Of a DNA stretch of 64,000 nucleotides, positions 22,191 through 35,420 are shown piece after piece. A program made the translations under genes and the position numbers. The notes below the pieces were generated by a model. It ran no database searches. It had not been told where the DNA came from and saw only the letters and a list, made by a program, of their open reading frames with translations. This DNA is from Macrostomum hystrix (Eukaryota; Animalia; Platyhelminthes), in contig CATNEN010000037.1 of the NCBI GenBank assembly GCA_950097015.1, forward strand, positions 1,612,001 to 1,676,000. Reading direction: 5' to 3'. The number at the start of each line of letters is the position of its first letter. Positions within the stretch are counted from its first letter, which is position 1.

Positions 22191-22897
22191 TAATCATTAT
22201 ATTCTTAAAATTTTTATCCGTCGAGCATAAATTTAAAGCCCTTCAAGGCCCGGTCAGCGCAGCAAGCAGCGGTGCTTGATAAGCTGCTGCTTGCTATTTC
22301 TTTCTAATAAAAATCTGCTGTCTATGAAGCCCTATATATAGCTGGTCTAGTATTACCAGTCTCCCAGGACCTAGTGGCAGGTCCCATAATTACAATGGCG
22401 TGCGCTAGTGCATTTATCTGCAATGCTGGATAACTTTCGCCAGCTGACCAACCCCAGCCCCCCCCCGGCTAGCATTCTCTGACCTCGAGTCTGTAATTTT
22501 CTGTACAACAGCAGCTTCGGCAGCCTGTTTCGCCTTGGTCCGGTCCAATCCGGCCAAATCCTTGGCTCCAATCCGGCACAATCCAGGGATGCTGGCGGAG
22601 GTGCTTATCAGTTCATCCTCCCCCATTTCGCTGTCTGTCTGTCCCGAGAATGCGGAACATGCAAATTCGTACGCTCAGAGGCTGAAACAGAGGCCGCACC
22701 CGCCTCATCTCTTTCTCCCTGCCTGTACCGCCGGCCAACCCCACTGGGGTGGGAGTGTAGGGAACAGGACAGCGGGGTTCGATTTTGTATTTGGAAAAAC
22801 TGAACAAGCTAAAAATGCCTTCAGAAGCGCAGAGAAGTATCTAGCATAGATCTCTAGCTTTCCATCTATCAATCATTTAAGTCTGCGCACTGACAGC

Positions 22898-23383
22898 ATG
22901 TGCGACAAGCATTCCAGCAGTAACATTGAAGTACTTCGCGAGGTCTTCAACAAGTCCGACACCAATGGCAACGGCGCCATCGAGGTCAAGGAGCTCGTGA
23001 GCCTGATGCGGGCCGCTGGCCAGACCGTAACTCGACCAGAGGCCGAGGCTTTGATCCGCGAGTTCGACAAGAATTCCAACGGCACACTGGAGTTCCAGGA
23101 GTTCGTGGCCATGATGAATGCCTTCGTGGAGAATGGCGGCCATAAGCCGCAGTCGGAGCGGCAGAGAATCTTTGAACTGCTGGATCAGAACCAGGACGGT
23201 GTGATCTCCAAGGCGGAGTTGAAGTTCGTCATGAATGAGATCCTGCAGGAGGGCATGTCCGATGTTGAGCTGGACGACATGATGAAAGCCGCCGACAGCG
23301 ACCAGGACGGCGTCATCAACTTCGACGAGTTCAGCGTGCTGGCCGCCCAGATGAAGATATTTGACTGCAGCGAGTGCTCGTGA
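22898..23383 (+). CDS. Calmodulin-like 4-EF-hand protein, intronless, 161 aa
   Basis: EF loops DTNGNGAIEVKE, DKNSNGTLEFQE, DQNQDGVISKAE and DSDQDGVINFDE with calmodulin-like spacing; too divergent to be calmodulin itself. Confidence 0.92.
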   Translation: MCDKHSSSNIEVLREVFNKSDTNGNGAIEVKELVSLMRAAGQTVTRPEAEALIREFDKNSNGTLEFQEFVAMMNAFVENGGHKPQSERQRIFELLDQNQDGVISKAELKFVMNEILQEGMSDVELDDMMKAADSDQDGVINFDEFSVLAAQMKIFDCSECS

Positions 23384-23997
23384 ATTAAACAGCCGCTTAC
23401 AACCAGGGGGTGGGGTGGGTGCAGAAGGACTTATTCCGAGCTATAACAATCACACTGCATCTGCTCCTAATTGTTTAGTTCCTTTCTCTGTTTTAACCAC
23501 AACTCACTGACAACTTATTTAGCGCTATGTTTAGCTTTCTTTCTTTTTCAAATATGATAAATCACATTGGGTAGCTAAAGGATTATTCGATAAGAGCTTC
23601 ATCAATCTTGCTTAGCTAGTCAACGCTGACTTTGATTGATAGGTTTACTAATTCTTGTACGCTAATCTGTAAACTTCAGGTGGATTTTGAACTGCTTGAA
23701 ATACTAGCTCGTTATTTCAGGCCGGACAGTGACCAAAGTCGCTAGCAACTAAAAATAACTTTTACTAACAAATAATGATATAACACACTACAATATATAT
23801 CCTTTTTTTCTTACTATGCTAATGGCCTCAAATATTCTCTGAATAGAAAAAGTAATGAAAGCAACCATTTTTATTTGAGCAGCGGAATGCTCTATTATTA
23901 AAATATATATTACATTTGCACTTTTAGCTATGACAAAAAAGTACGCCTTGTTTTCATTTTTATTCTCATCAACCTTCTACGACGTTTTTTTTAAGGA

Positions 23998-25462
23998 AAA
24001 TGGGATATCCTGCTGATGAGGGAATGGGATATCCTGCTGATGAGGGAGTGGGGATATCCTGCTGATGAGGGAGTGGGGATATCCTCCTGATGAGGGAATG
24101 GGGATATCCTGCTGATGAGGGAGTGAGGATATCCTGCTGATGAGGGAGTGGGGATATCCTGCTGATGAGGGAGTGGGGATATCCTGCTGATGAGGGAGTG
24201 GGGATATCCTCCTGATGAGGGAATGGGGATATCCTGCTGATGAGGGAGTGAGGATATCCTGCTGATGAGGGAGTGAGGATATCCTACTGATGAGGGAATG
24301 GGATATCCTGCTGATGAGGGAATGGGGATATCCTGCTGATAAGGGAGTGGGATATCCTGCTGATGAGGGAATGGGGATATCGTACTGATGAGGGAGTGAG
24401 GATATCCTGCTAATGAGAGAGTGGGGATATCCTGCTGATGAGGGAGTGGGGATATCCTGCTGATGAGGGAATGGGGATATCCTGCTAATGAGAGAGTGGG
24501 GATATCCTGCTGATGAGGGAGTGGGGGATATCCTGCTAATGAGGGAGTGGGATATCCTGCTGATGATGGAGTGGGGATATCATGCTGATGAGGGAGTGGG
24601 ATATCCTGCTAATGAGGGAGTGGGATATCCTGCTGATGAGGGAATGGGGATATCCTGCTGATGAGGGAGTGAGGATATCCTGCTGATGAGGGAATGGGAT
24701 ATCCTGCTGATGAGGGAGTGAGGATATCCTACTGATGAGGGAATGGGATATCCTGCTGATGAGGGAATGGGGATATCCTGCTGATGAGGGAGTGGGATAT
24801 CCTGCTAATGAGGGAGTGGGATATCCTGCTGATGAGGGAGTGGGATATCCTGCTGATGAGGGCGTGGGATATCCTGCTGATGAGGGAGTGAGGATATCCT
24901 GCTGATGAGGGAATGGGATATCCTGCTGATGAGGGACTGGGGATATCCTGCTGATGAGGGACTGGGGATATCCTGCTGATGAGGGAATAAGGGTTATCCT
25001 ACCGATGAGGAAATGGGGATATCCTGCTGATGAGGGAATGGGGATATCGTACTGATGAGGGAGTGAGGATATCCTGCTAATGAGGGAGTGGGATATCCTG
25101 CTGATGAGGGAGTGGGGATATCCTGCTGATGAGGGAGTGGGGATATCCTGCTAATGAGGGAGTGGGATATCCTGCTGATGAGGGAGTGGGATATCCTGCT
25201 GATGAGGGAGTGAGGATATCCTGCTGATGAGGGAATGGGGATATCCTGCTGATGAGGGAATGGGGATATCGTACTGATGAGGGAATGGGGATATCGTACT
25301 GATGAGGGAATGGGGATATCCTGCTGATAAGGGAATAAGGGTTATCCTACCGATGAGGGAATGGGGATATCCTGCTGATTAGGGAATGGGGATATCGTGC
25401 TGATTAGGGAATGTGATGTCCTACTGATGAGGGAATGGGGATATCATACTGATGTGGGAATG
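23998..25462. repeat. 25/26-bp minisatellite (gggatatcctgctgatgagggagtg)
   Basis: Tandem units read directly. Confidence 0.96.
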
Positions 25463-26179
25463 AAATTCATCAAGGAGAATTTAAATACTACTAAAGTGAA
25501 ATTTAAAAGCACTCTCAGACGTTGACATTTATCGAAGAGCTACCACAGACCTAGTCCAGGCACAGTTGGCATTTCAATTAAAATATGAAAGCCTCTTCTA
25601 ATACACGAATAAGTCTTTCTACATTCGCAGTGGATTCAGCGTGAATCATAAATTCGCCTCGATGGACGAACCTCGCCAATCCCCCATCCCACATCCCTAT
25701 TCCTATAGTTTCCTTCTCCCAAAAGAGTTGGCCCAGCTGTCCATTCAGCATCCCATTCGGCGAACTGTGACGATGATAAAAGTGCATGCCGACCAGAGGC
25801 CGCGGACTTTCTCGGTCTGTTCCGATCTTTTCCCATCCCTCTTTTACTCTCCTAGTAGGGGGGGTTCAAAAGAAAATATGTTATTTGAAAGATGCGCGCT
25901 AGATTGGCGTATGTTACACCGGCGGCCTCAGTATCTACGTAGAAACAGTTTCGGGATAAACTTTAGATAACCGCTACAAGCGCAAAGCTAGTTGGACGTG
26001 CCGACCTGCCGTAAGCTAATGAATGCAGCTTTGTAAAGTGCAGGGAATCAGGTGGGGAATGGGGAATGAAGGATAATAGGGATAAAAATAACTGCAGGAG
26101 GACTTTGGGAACTGTGGCATCAGTTGGTCACAGTAGATTAGCAGCCAGAGAGAGATGCTGCCCATTCCCCTGACTGCCG

Positions 26180-27215
26180 AGCACACCCTGATACTGTACA
26201 CAGGCACCCTGATACTGTACACAGGCACTCTGATACTGTACACAGGCACTCTGATACTGTACACAGGCACTCTGATACTGTACACAGGCACTCTGATACT
26301 GTACACAGGCACACAGATACTGTACTAGACAGATACTGTGAGATACTGAGGGACTGAGGGACTGAGATACTGAGATACTGAGGGACTGAGGGACTGAGAT
26401 ACTGAGATACTGAGATACTGAGATACTGAGGGACTGGGATACTGAGATACTGAGATACTGAGGGACTGAGATACTGAGATACTGAGGGACTGAGATACTG
26501 AGATACTGAGGGACTGAGGGACTGAGGGACTGAGATACTGAGGGACTGAGATACTGAGGGACTGGGATACTGAGATACTGAGATACTGAGGGACTGAGAT
26601 ACTGAGATACTGAGGGACTGAGATACTGAGATACTGAGATACTGAGGGACTGAGATACTGAGGGACTGAGATACTGAGATACTGAGGGACTGAGATACTG
26701 AGATACTGAGATACTGAGATACTGAGATACTGAGATACTGAGATACTGAGATACTGAGGGACTGAGGGACTGAGATACTGAGGGACTGAGATACTGAGGG
26801 ACTGAGATACTGAGATACTGAGGGACTGAGATACTGAGATACTGAGATACTGAGATACTGAGATACTGAGATACTGAGATACTGAGATACTGAGATACTG
26901 AGGGACTGAGGGACTGAGATACTGAGGGACTGAGATACTGAGGGACTGAGATACTGTACACAGTCACACAGATACTGTAAACTGGCGCACAGATACTGTA
27001 CACTGCACTATGATACTGTACACAGTCACACATATGCTGTACACAGGTACACAGATACTGTACACAGGCACACATATACTGTACACAGGAGCACAGATAC
27101 TGTACACAGGAGTAAAGATACTGTACACAGGCACACAGACACTGTACACAGGAGTACAGATACTGTACACAGGAGTACAGATACTGTACACAGGCACACA
27201 GACACTGTACACTGG
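26180..27215. repeat. Nested arrays: a 21-bp unit (gatactgtacacaggcac..) flanking an 8-mer GAGGGACT/GAGATACT array (~26330-26955)
   Basis: 21-bp units on both sides of the 8-mer block. Confidence 0.92.
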
Positions 27216-27693
27216 CACACTAATGGAATGAAGGACGGTGAATGAGGAATTAACAGAGTAATGAAGAATGAAGGATGGATAATACTTGTGGAATAAAAAA
27301 GTACATTAATCATGTAACTGAACTCTGTTATGCATTTTTCTGGCTGACAGCGAAACAGCAGTCAAAAAGCGGTTTTATCCGGTCCACTCGGCGTATCCAA
27401 ACCACCGAGGGCCGTTTTAACAGTCGCCGAAAAAAGGCCCTATTTCATTCTGGCATTAGAGGAGTTTTACGAATATTTTGTGAGTTGTAGCGATCACTGG
27501 GACAGACAACTCTCGCATAGGAAATGGACTGCCAGCACGGAATAATTAGTGCTTTAGCTAGCGGAGACCGAAGCATAAAGTTATTAACATGAGAGGTTTT
27601 TTTAGCAAAGTTTGAGTTGATCTGTCTGACTAGTTGTATCGCAAGGCTAAGATACAATTAGTAGCTAAGCTAACATCGATAAATAGTAATAAT

Positions 27694-27950
27694 AGGCGGT
27701 TGAGTCTAGTACTCAGAGCGTCGGATTCCCGACATGAAGGTCGGGGGTTCGATTCCAGACTTGAATGGAAAAATTTGTTTTTCAGCTGGGGTAATTGAGG
27801 GTGGGTGTGGTGTCCCCCCAGTCCATGGACTGAACAGCTGTGCGCAGCCTTTAGATTGCAGCACACGCATATAGCTGCTGCTGTGCTGTCGGCTGCATGT
27901 CTGACCCGATTGGGACAAGTGGCAAGTGTGATAGACTTCTACTACTTACT
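27694..27950 (+). mobile_element. SINE family 1 copy lacking the CORE-like segment
   Basis: gcgtcggattcccgacatgaaggtcgggggttcgattcc head and gtgggtgtggtgtcccccagtccatggactgaacagctg body match the 16.5-kb copy; the CORE-like block is absent. Confidence 0.8.
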
Positions 27951-28245
27951 TCAGAATTGTGAGTAGTCCATTAAGTAAGAATCGATCGATCTAGAATATT
28001 TTTTACGATGCCTAGCCAAAATGTTCCGAAAAAAGACAAAGTTCTCCAATATGATTTGTAAGTTATTGAACTCTTAATAATTAATTGGCTTTTATTATTG
28101 GCCAAGCATTTTCAAGCTAGAGTATATAAATCACTGCACAGTAAAGCACTGATACATGGCTAACAGCTTGTGTACTATACGATTTGTGTACTTGAATTGA
28201 AAGCTTGAATGACATTTAGTAGAAGCATCTGTCGCCAGTTTTTCG

Positions 28246-28270
28246 TCAGCTAGGTGGAGCTGAGCGTCTG

Positions 28271-28304
<34 letters not shown>

Positions 28305-28433
28305 TCGATGAACTTCTGGCACCGCAGCTGCTGCTACTGACAATTTGAGCAGTCTGTCTTGGGCGAACTTGGCCGCTTGGTGCCTTCGCTGCTGCTGCTT
28401 CGGCAGATCTTTTTTGCAGTGGCTGGGTTTTTA
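28246..28433 (-). CDS. APC: Probable terminal exon of APC-like gene
   Basis: aattttcAG acceptor; its phase matches the CAG|GTGAGC donor at 32393. Low-complexity Q/S-rich peptide ending SAPPS*. Assignment to APC is inferred only from phase. Confidence 0.4.
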
Positions 28434-28494
28434 CTGAAAATTTAAACCAATTGGAAGGTACAGTAAGCTTAATCATCGCTAACCTAGAAGTGAC

Positions 28495-31400
28495 TGATAG
28501 ACTGAGGCACTGAGATACTGACGGACTCGGATACTGAAAGACTGAGATACTGAGATACTGAGGGACTGAGGGACTGAGATACTGACGGACTCGGATACTG
28601 AAGGACTGAGATACTGAGGGACTGAGATACTGAGGGACTGAGATACTGAGGGACTGAGATACTGAGGGACTGAGATACTGAGGGACTGAGGGACTGAGAT
28701 ACTGAGGGACTGGGATACTGAGGGACTGAGATACTGAGGGACTGAGGGACTGAGATACTGAGGGACTGAGATAACTGAGGGACTGAGATAACTGAGGGAC
28801 TGAGATAACTGAGGGACTGAGATAACTGAGGGACTGAGATAACTGAGGGACTGAGATACTGAGGGACTGAGATACTGAGGGACTGAGGGACTGAGATACT
28901 GAGATACTGAGGGACTGAGATACTGAGGGACTGAGATACTGAGGGACTGAGGGACTGAGATACTGAGGGACTGAGGGACTGAGGGACTGAGATACTGAGG
29001 GACAGGGATACTGAGGGACTGAGGGACTGAGATACTGAGGGACTGAGGGACTGAGATACTGAGGGACTGAGGGACTGAGATACTGAGGGACTGAGATACT
29101 GAGGGACTGAGGGACTGAGATACTGAGGGACTGGGATACTGAGGGACTGAGATACTAAGGGACTGGGATACTGAGGGACTTAGGGACTGAGATACTGAGG
29201 GACTGAGATACTGAGGGACTGAGGGACTGAGATACTGAGGGACTGAGATACTGACGGACTCGGATACTGAAGGACTGAGATACTGAGGGACTGAGGGACT
29301 GAGATACTGAGGGACTGAGATACTGAGGGACTGAGGGACTGAGATACTGAGGGACTAAGGGACTGAGATACTGAGGGACTGAGATAACTGAGGGACTGAG
29401 ATAACTGAGGGACTGAGATAACTGAGGGACTGAGATAACTGAGGGACTGAGATAACTGAGGGACTGAGATACTGAGGGACTGAGATACTGAGGGACTGAG
29501 GGACTGAGATACTGAGGGACTGAGGGACTGAGGGACTGAGATACTGAGGGACTGGGATACTGAGGGACTGAGGGACTGAGATACTGAGGGACTGAGGGAC
29601 TGAGATACTGAGGGACTGAGGGACTGAGATACTGAGGGACTGAGATACTGAGGGACTGAGGGACTGAGATACTGAGGGACTGGGATACTGAGGGACTGAG
29701 ATACTGAGGGACTGGGATACTGAGGGACTTAGGGACTAAGATACTGAGGGACTGAGATACTGAGGGACTGAGATACTGAGACACTGAGATACTGAGATAC
29801 TGAGGGACTGAGATACTGAGATACTGAGATACTGAGATACTGAGGGACTGAGGGACTGAGGGCCTGACGGACTGAGATACTGAGATATTGAGATACTGAG
29901 GGACTGAGGGACTGAGGGACTGAGGGACTGAGATACTGAGGGACTGAGGGACTGAGATACTGAGGGACTGGGATACTGAGGGACTGAGATACTGAGGGAC
30001 TGGGATACTGAGGGACTTAGGGACTGGGATACTGAGGGACTGGGATACTGAGGGACTGAGGGACTGAGATACTGAGGGACTGAGATACTGAGGGACTGAG
30101 GGACTGAGATACTGAGGGACTGAGGGACTGAGGGACTGAGATACTGAGGGACTGAGATAACTGAGGGACTGAGATACTGAGGGACTGAGATACTGAGGGA
30201 CTGAGGGACTGAGATACTGAGATACTGAGGGACTGAGATAACTGAGGGACTGAGATAACTGAGGGACTGAGATAACTGAGGGACTGAGATAACTGAGGGA
30301 CTGAGATACTGAGGGACTGAGGGACTGAGATACTGAGGGACTGAGGGACTGAGGGACTGAGATACTGAGGGACTGGGATACTGAGGGACTGAGGGACTGA
30401 GATACTGAGGGACTGAGGGACTGAGATACTGAGGGACTGAGGGACTGAGATACTGAGGGACTGAGATACTGAGGGACTGAGGGACTAAGATACTGAGGGA
30501 CTGAGATACTGAGGGACTGAGATACTGAGACACTGAGATACTGAGATACTGAGGGACTGAGGGACTGAGGGCCTGACGGACTGAGATACTGAGATATTGA
30601 GATACTGAGGGACTGAGGGACTGAGGGACTGAGGGACTGAGATACTGAGGGACTGAGGGACTGAGATACTGAGGGACTGGGATACTGAGGGACTGAGATA
30701 CTGAGGGACTGGGATACTGAGGGACTTAGGGACTGAGATACTGAGGGACTGAGATACTGAGGGACTGAGGGACTGAGATACTGAGGGACTGGGATACTGA
30801 GGGACTGGGATACTGAGGGACTGAGGGACTGAGATACTGAGGGACTGAGATACTGAGGGACTGAGGGACTGAGATACTGAGGGACTGAGGGACTGAGGGA
30901 CTGAGATACTGAGGGACTGAGATAACTGAGGGACTGAGATACTGAGGGACTGAGATACTGAGGGACTGAGGGACTGAGATACTGAGATACTGAGGGACTG
31001 AGATACTGAGGGACTGAGATACTGAGGGACTGAGGGACTGAGATACTGAGGGACTGAGGGACTGAGGGACTGAGATACTGAGGGACTGGGATACTGAGGG
31101 ACTGAGGGACTGAGATACTGAGGGACTGAGGGACTGAGATACTGAGGGACTGAGATACTGAGGGACTGAGGGACTGAGATACTGAGATACTGAGGGACTG
31201 AGATACTGAGGGACTGAGATACTGAGGGACTGAGGGACTGAGATACTGAGGGACTGAGGGACTGAGGGACTGAGATACTGAGGGACTGAGATACTGAGGG
31301 ACTGAGGGACTGAGATACTGAGGGACTGAGGGACTGAGGGACTGAGATACTGAGGGACTGAGATACTGAGGGACTGAGGGACTGAGATACTGAGGGACTG

Positions 31401-31540
31401 AGGGACTGAGGGACTGAGATACTGAGGGACTGAGATACTGAGGGACTGAGGGACTGAGATACTGAGGGACTGAGGGACTTAGGGATCGAGATACTGAGGG
31501 ACTGAGATACTGAGATACTGAGATACTGAGGGACTGAGGA
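28495..31540. repeat. 3-kb satellite of mixed 8-mers GAGGGACT/GAGATACT
   Basis: Continuous array. Variant markers duplicated ~710-750 bp apart (29861/30570; 29781/30530). Confidence 0.97.
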
Positions 31541-32393
31541 AGCCTATGCTTAGTAAGAGCTATTATGGTTAATAAATTTTGTATTGAATGAATTGTGAAT
31601 CGAAAATGAATTTGTTTAAAATTAGATTTAGTTTAAATTTAGTGTCAACGCGGATATTGTTAACAATTGGTGATAAACAAGATTGAATTAAATGTTATGA
31701 ACAGTTAAATTTTGTGTCACACGAGACAACGGATCATGTAAACTAATTCAACAGCCCAGTTAAATAGTGGTTTAAGCATTGTTGAACACCTTAAATACAA
31801 AGCGATGAAACTATTTCTTGCAAATGTATTCCCAGTTCTTAACAAAGTATTTTTCATTTGAAATCTGGGCAAATCAAGGACTAAATTTGTTTACTTTATT
31901 GCCGTCAAAGTGACTGTCCTGAGCAGATCGTTGAAATACGACTGTTGGAAAGTTATTGTTGAATCCGGATAAACAAATTGAACTTTTTTGTTTATAGTAA
32001 ACTCATTTTTCAATGATTTCATTTTCTAATTAATCGATTTCTTTGCGAATGGTTTACACAAGTGACACAAAAATAAAGTAATGATGATGAGTTTCCTGTC
32101 TTAATGATTCAGAATTTCAAAAAAAATTTATGAGTAATTTCATTTTAATTTTATGTGTTTGATTTTCAAGTGAATTAAATGTAAACAAAATTCTCCCATG
32201 ACTCAATTTCCACATGACTCAATATCTCAATGACTCCATTATGAAATGACTCATTTCCTAATTTCCCAAAACTCAATTTCCCATTGACTCAGTTTCCGAA
32301 TGACTCAATTTTCAAATGACTCTCTAAGACTTAAAACTTCTCTTGGAAAATGGCAAATCTTTTTCAAAGCCACTGTGGAATTCCAGAGCTCAC

Positions 32394-32790
32394 CTGGAAT
32401 GCCGCTGCTTGACCGTCGTGTCAATGATGCTCCTCTGCCAGCCGACGTCACAGAACTCGACATCGTCGTCTTCTCCGTCGGTCTCTGACACGACAGCTGC
32501 TCGGCGGGGGCTGCGACGACCTTCTCGTCTCCGCCAACCGGCGTCTGCGAGGCCGAGCTGCTCAGCATTGAGTCGGCGTAACCCGAATCCTTCGACAGTG
32601 ATGACAAGCGGCAGTGCGGCAGAGTCTGCGGAGTCTGGAGAGAAGGCGGCGGCAGCGGGGGCGGCTGCGGCTGCTGCTGCGGTGGCCGGATGATAGTTGG
32701 CGCAACGACGCCAAGCGGTTTGGCTGAGGTGGATCGAGGCGGCGCCGACCAGGGCACCGGCAGTCTGGTTGCTGGAGGCGTGGAAGCAGC

Positions 32791-32822
<32 letters not shown>

Positions 32823-34470
32823 GTTGTTCCTCGACGACAGCAACCTCGGCTCGACGACGCGGCGGACGGGGTAGGCTGCCAACCTCCGACATCTGACGAT
32901 CCAGACAGCGCCTCCTGAGTGGCTGTAGCGTCGAGTAGCCGACGGTGATGCTGCTGGTGGCCCTGTAGTTTGAAGGGCCGGACTTTACGCAGGCCGGTCG
33001 AGGCAGCTGACTGACAGCCGACGAGCGAATCGGAATCGACGAGTTGGACTCAGACGAAGCTTGCCGCGCCAGGGAGGACAGAGCCGGATGGTGCGACCGC
33101 GGCGCGCCAACTACGGCCCGGTCAGAATCGGCATCGTCGCAGCTTTCCACTTCAATGTCCAGATCGGTGTCGTCGTCGACAATCGCGGAGCAGCCTTCGC
33201 GCTGCATGTTAGCCGCGTCGATTTCCAGCACGGAGGAGAGTGAAGCGCTGCTCAGGTCACTCAGCTCGACGACGCTTTCGCGCGATTCCTCGGCGCTGGC
33301 GGCGACCACGACACCAGGCTTGGCCTGCTCAGGCGCAGCTTTTGCCGAATTCTGCAGCAGCTGAGGCTGCTGTGTCGACTGCGTAGCCTGGCAAGTTTGG
33401 GATGGCGCCGGCGGCAGAGACAACGGCAACGTTTCCTCCAGCAGCGGGTACAGATCGCGGTCAGCTCGACCGCGTCGCTCCCAGAGGCCGGACATTGACA
33501 TTGGGCCGAAACTGCCCAGGCCTCCGCCAACGCCAGCGGGTACGACAGGCATTGGAAACGATGTCGTCGACCAAACTGAATCGGCGCCATCCTCCGAGCG
33601 CTGCGGCAGCCGCGCCGGCTCTCTAGAAGGTCGACGCAGTCTTGGCAAGCTGGCACAGTCGGCAAGCTGGCCAACTTCGCCAAGGCCGCCGTTGCTGAAG
33701 CCGCCGAAGCCGCTTCTGGCATTGAAAGCAGCTGCGGCTGGAGCCAGGTTGGCCAGCGCAGCGGCGCATGCGTCAGCAATGACCCGGTGTCGAGAGCGGA
33801 GCAACCGCCGCAGCTGCGGCTCAGCTCCCAGCTGGCAGAGGAGGCGAGCGTCGCCTGGGTGACCGGCGCTCAGGCAGCGAAGGATGCCGCAGGCGTTGGC
33901 CACAATTGTCGGCGCATTCTCGCCCAGCTGCCCAACCAGCAGCGGCAGGGCCGGCCGGATAGCGGAGCGGAGTCGCTCTGAGGCGGCCACCGATTGGCCG
34001 AGGTTTCGCAGGACGCCGCCTGCTGACTCGGCCAGCGAGACTCCGCCGGCAAGGCAGCGGCAGAGGCAGCCGAGAGCGTCGGGCACGTCGCAAACTGAGG
34101 CCTGATCAGCCGGAGAGTGGGCGGTGAGATTCCACAGGGCTGAAAGGAGGCCGCGCAGAGTGGCTTCGTCGTTGACGCTGGCGGCGCGGACAACGGCTCG
34201 GGCCAGGGCGGCGGCAGCGCCGAGGCGGCCGATGGCGCGCCGGCTGGGCGGGTCCGCCTGCCAGCTGAGGTTGCGCAACAGAGCGGCCGCGGCCTGGCAG
34301 AGCTCCGGGTCTGTCGGTGGTGCCAGCAGGGGTTCGGCGAGGCAGCTCAGGGCGGCTGAGCGCCGGCAGAGGCGCCGCTTGCTGGCCGGGTCGCCGTAGG
34401 TCAGGTTGGTGAGGGCGCAGACGGCACAGCGACGAAGGAATCGGCTCGACGAGTTGGGCTGCGGTCCGGA
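32394..34470 (-). CDS. APC: APC-like, exon 2 (armadillo repeats plus disordered tail)
   Basis: LRRCAVCALTNLTYGD...LLRNLSWQAD...LSALWNLTAHS...SAGGVLRNL...VANACGIL...ACAALANL follows the APC ARM repeats. Acceptor aatccAG at 34471. The ORF would run on to a stop at 32305 if the 32393 donor is not used. Confidence 0.92.
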
Positions 34471-34789
34471 CTGGATTGTGCGGATAAGGTTTTTTCAGCA
34501 GGAGCTCCACGCCATTAACGAAGGCCTTATTTACATTAGCAACGAATAAGATTCAAATTCACTGTGATTAATTTTCCCTTAGCAACCGGAACCATATCAT
34601 CCTTTTTAAAAAAATCTAAACGTTGAAAATTTCCACAAAAACGACGAGTTTTATCTATCTTAGCGACAACTCAAACTTAACTAAGCAGCGCTTATAATAC
34701 CATAGCAACCACAATTACCAACTATATCGGCATTTGATTTACTTTAGTAACGCCTATAAACTACCTTAGCAACGAATATGAATGAACTA

Positions 34790-35420
34790 GACAACGACAA
34801 GAAACTAATTTAGCAACGACTAGAAACTACCTTAGCAACGGCTAGAAACTACCTTAGCAACGACTAGAAACTACCTTAGCAACGGCTAGAAACTACTTTA
34901 GCAACGACTAGAAACTACCTTAGCAACGACTAGAAACTACATTAGCAACGACTAGAAACTACCTTAGCAACGACTAGAAACTACTTTAGCAACGACTAGA
35001 AACTACCTTAGCAACGACTAGAAACTACATTAGCAACGACTAGAAACTACCTTAGCAACGACTAGAAACTACCTTAGCAACGACTAGAAACTACCTTAGC
35101 AACGGCTAGAAATTACCTTAGCAACGACTAGAAACTACCTTAGCAACGACTAGAAACTACCTTAGCAACGACTAGAAACTACCTTAGCAATGACTAGAAA
35201 CTACCTTAGCAACGGCTAGAAATTACCTTAGCAACGACTAGAAATTACCTTAGCAACGACTAGAAATTACCTTAGCAACGACTAGAAACTACCTTAGCAA
35301 CGACTAGAAACTACCCTAGCAACGACTAGAAACGACCTTAGCAACGACTAGAAACTACCTTAGCAACGACTAGAAACTACCCTAGCAACGACTAGAAACT
35401 ACCCTAGCAACGACTAGAAA
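34790..35420. repeat. 22-bp minisatellite (tagcaacgactagaaactacct), APC intron 1
   Basis: Tandem units read directly. Confidence 0.95.

Noticed and set aside
22371-22571. RNRLPKLLLYRKLQTRGQR resembling the C-terminal end of an RTE/L2 reverse transcriptase
   Set aside because: Similarity is short and by eye only, with no adjacent RT motifs; a BLASTX against LINE proteins would decide.
25578-25836. Short minus-strand ORFs and a possible terminal exon
   Set aside because: No recognisable domain or phase-linked partner exon.
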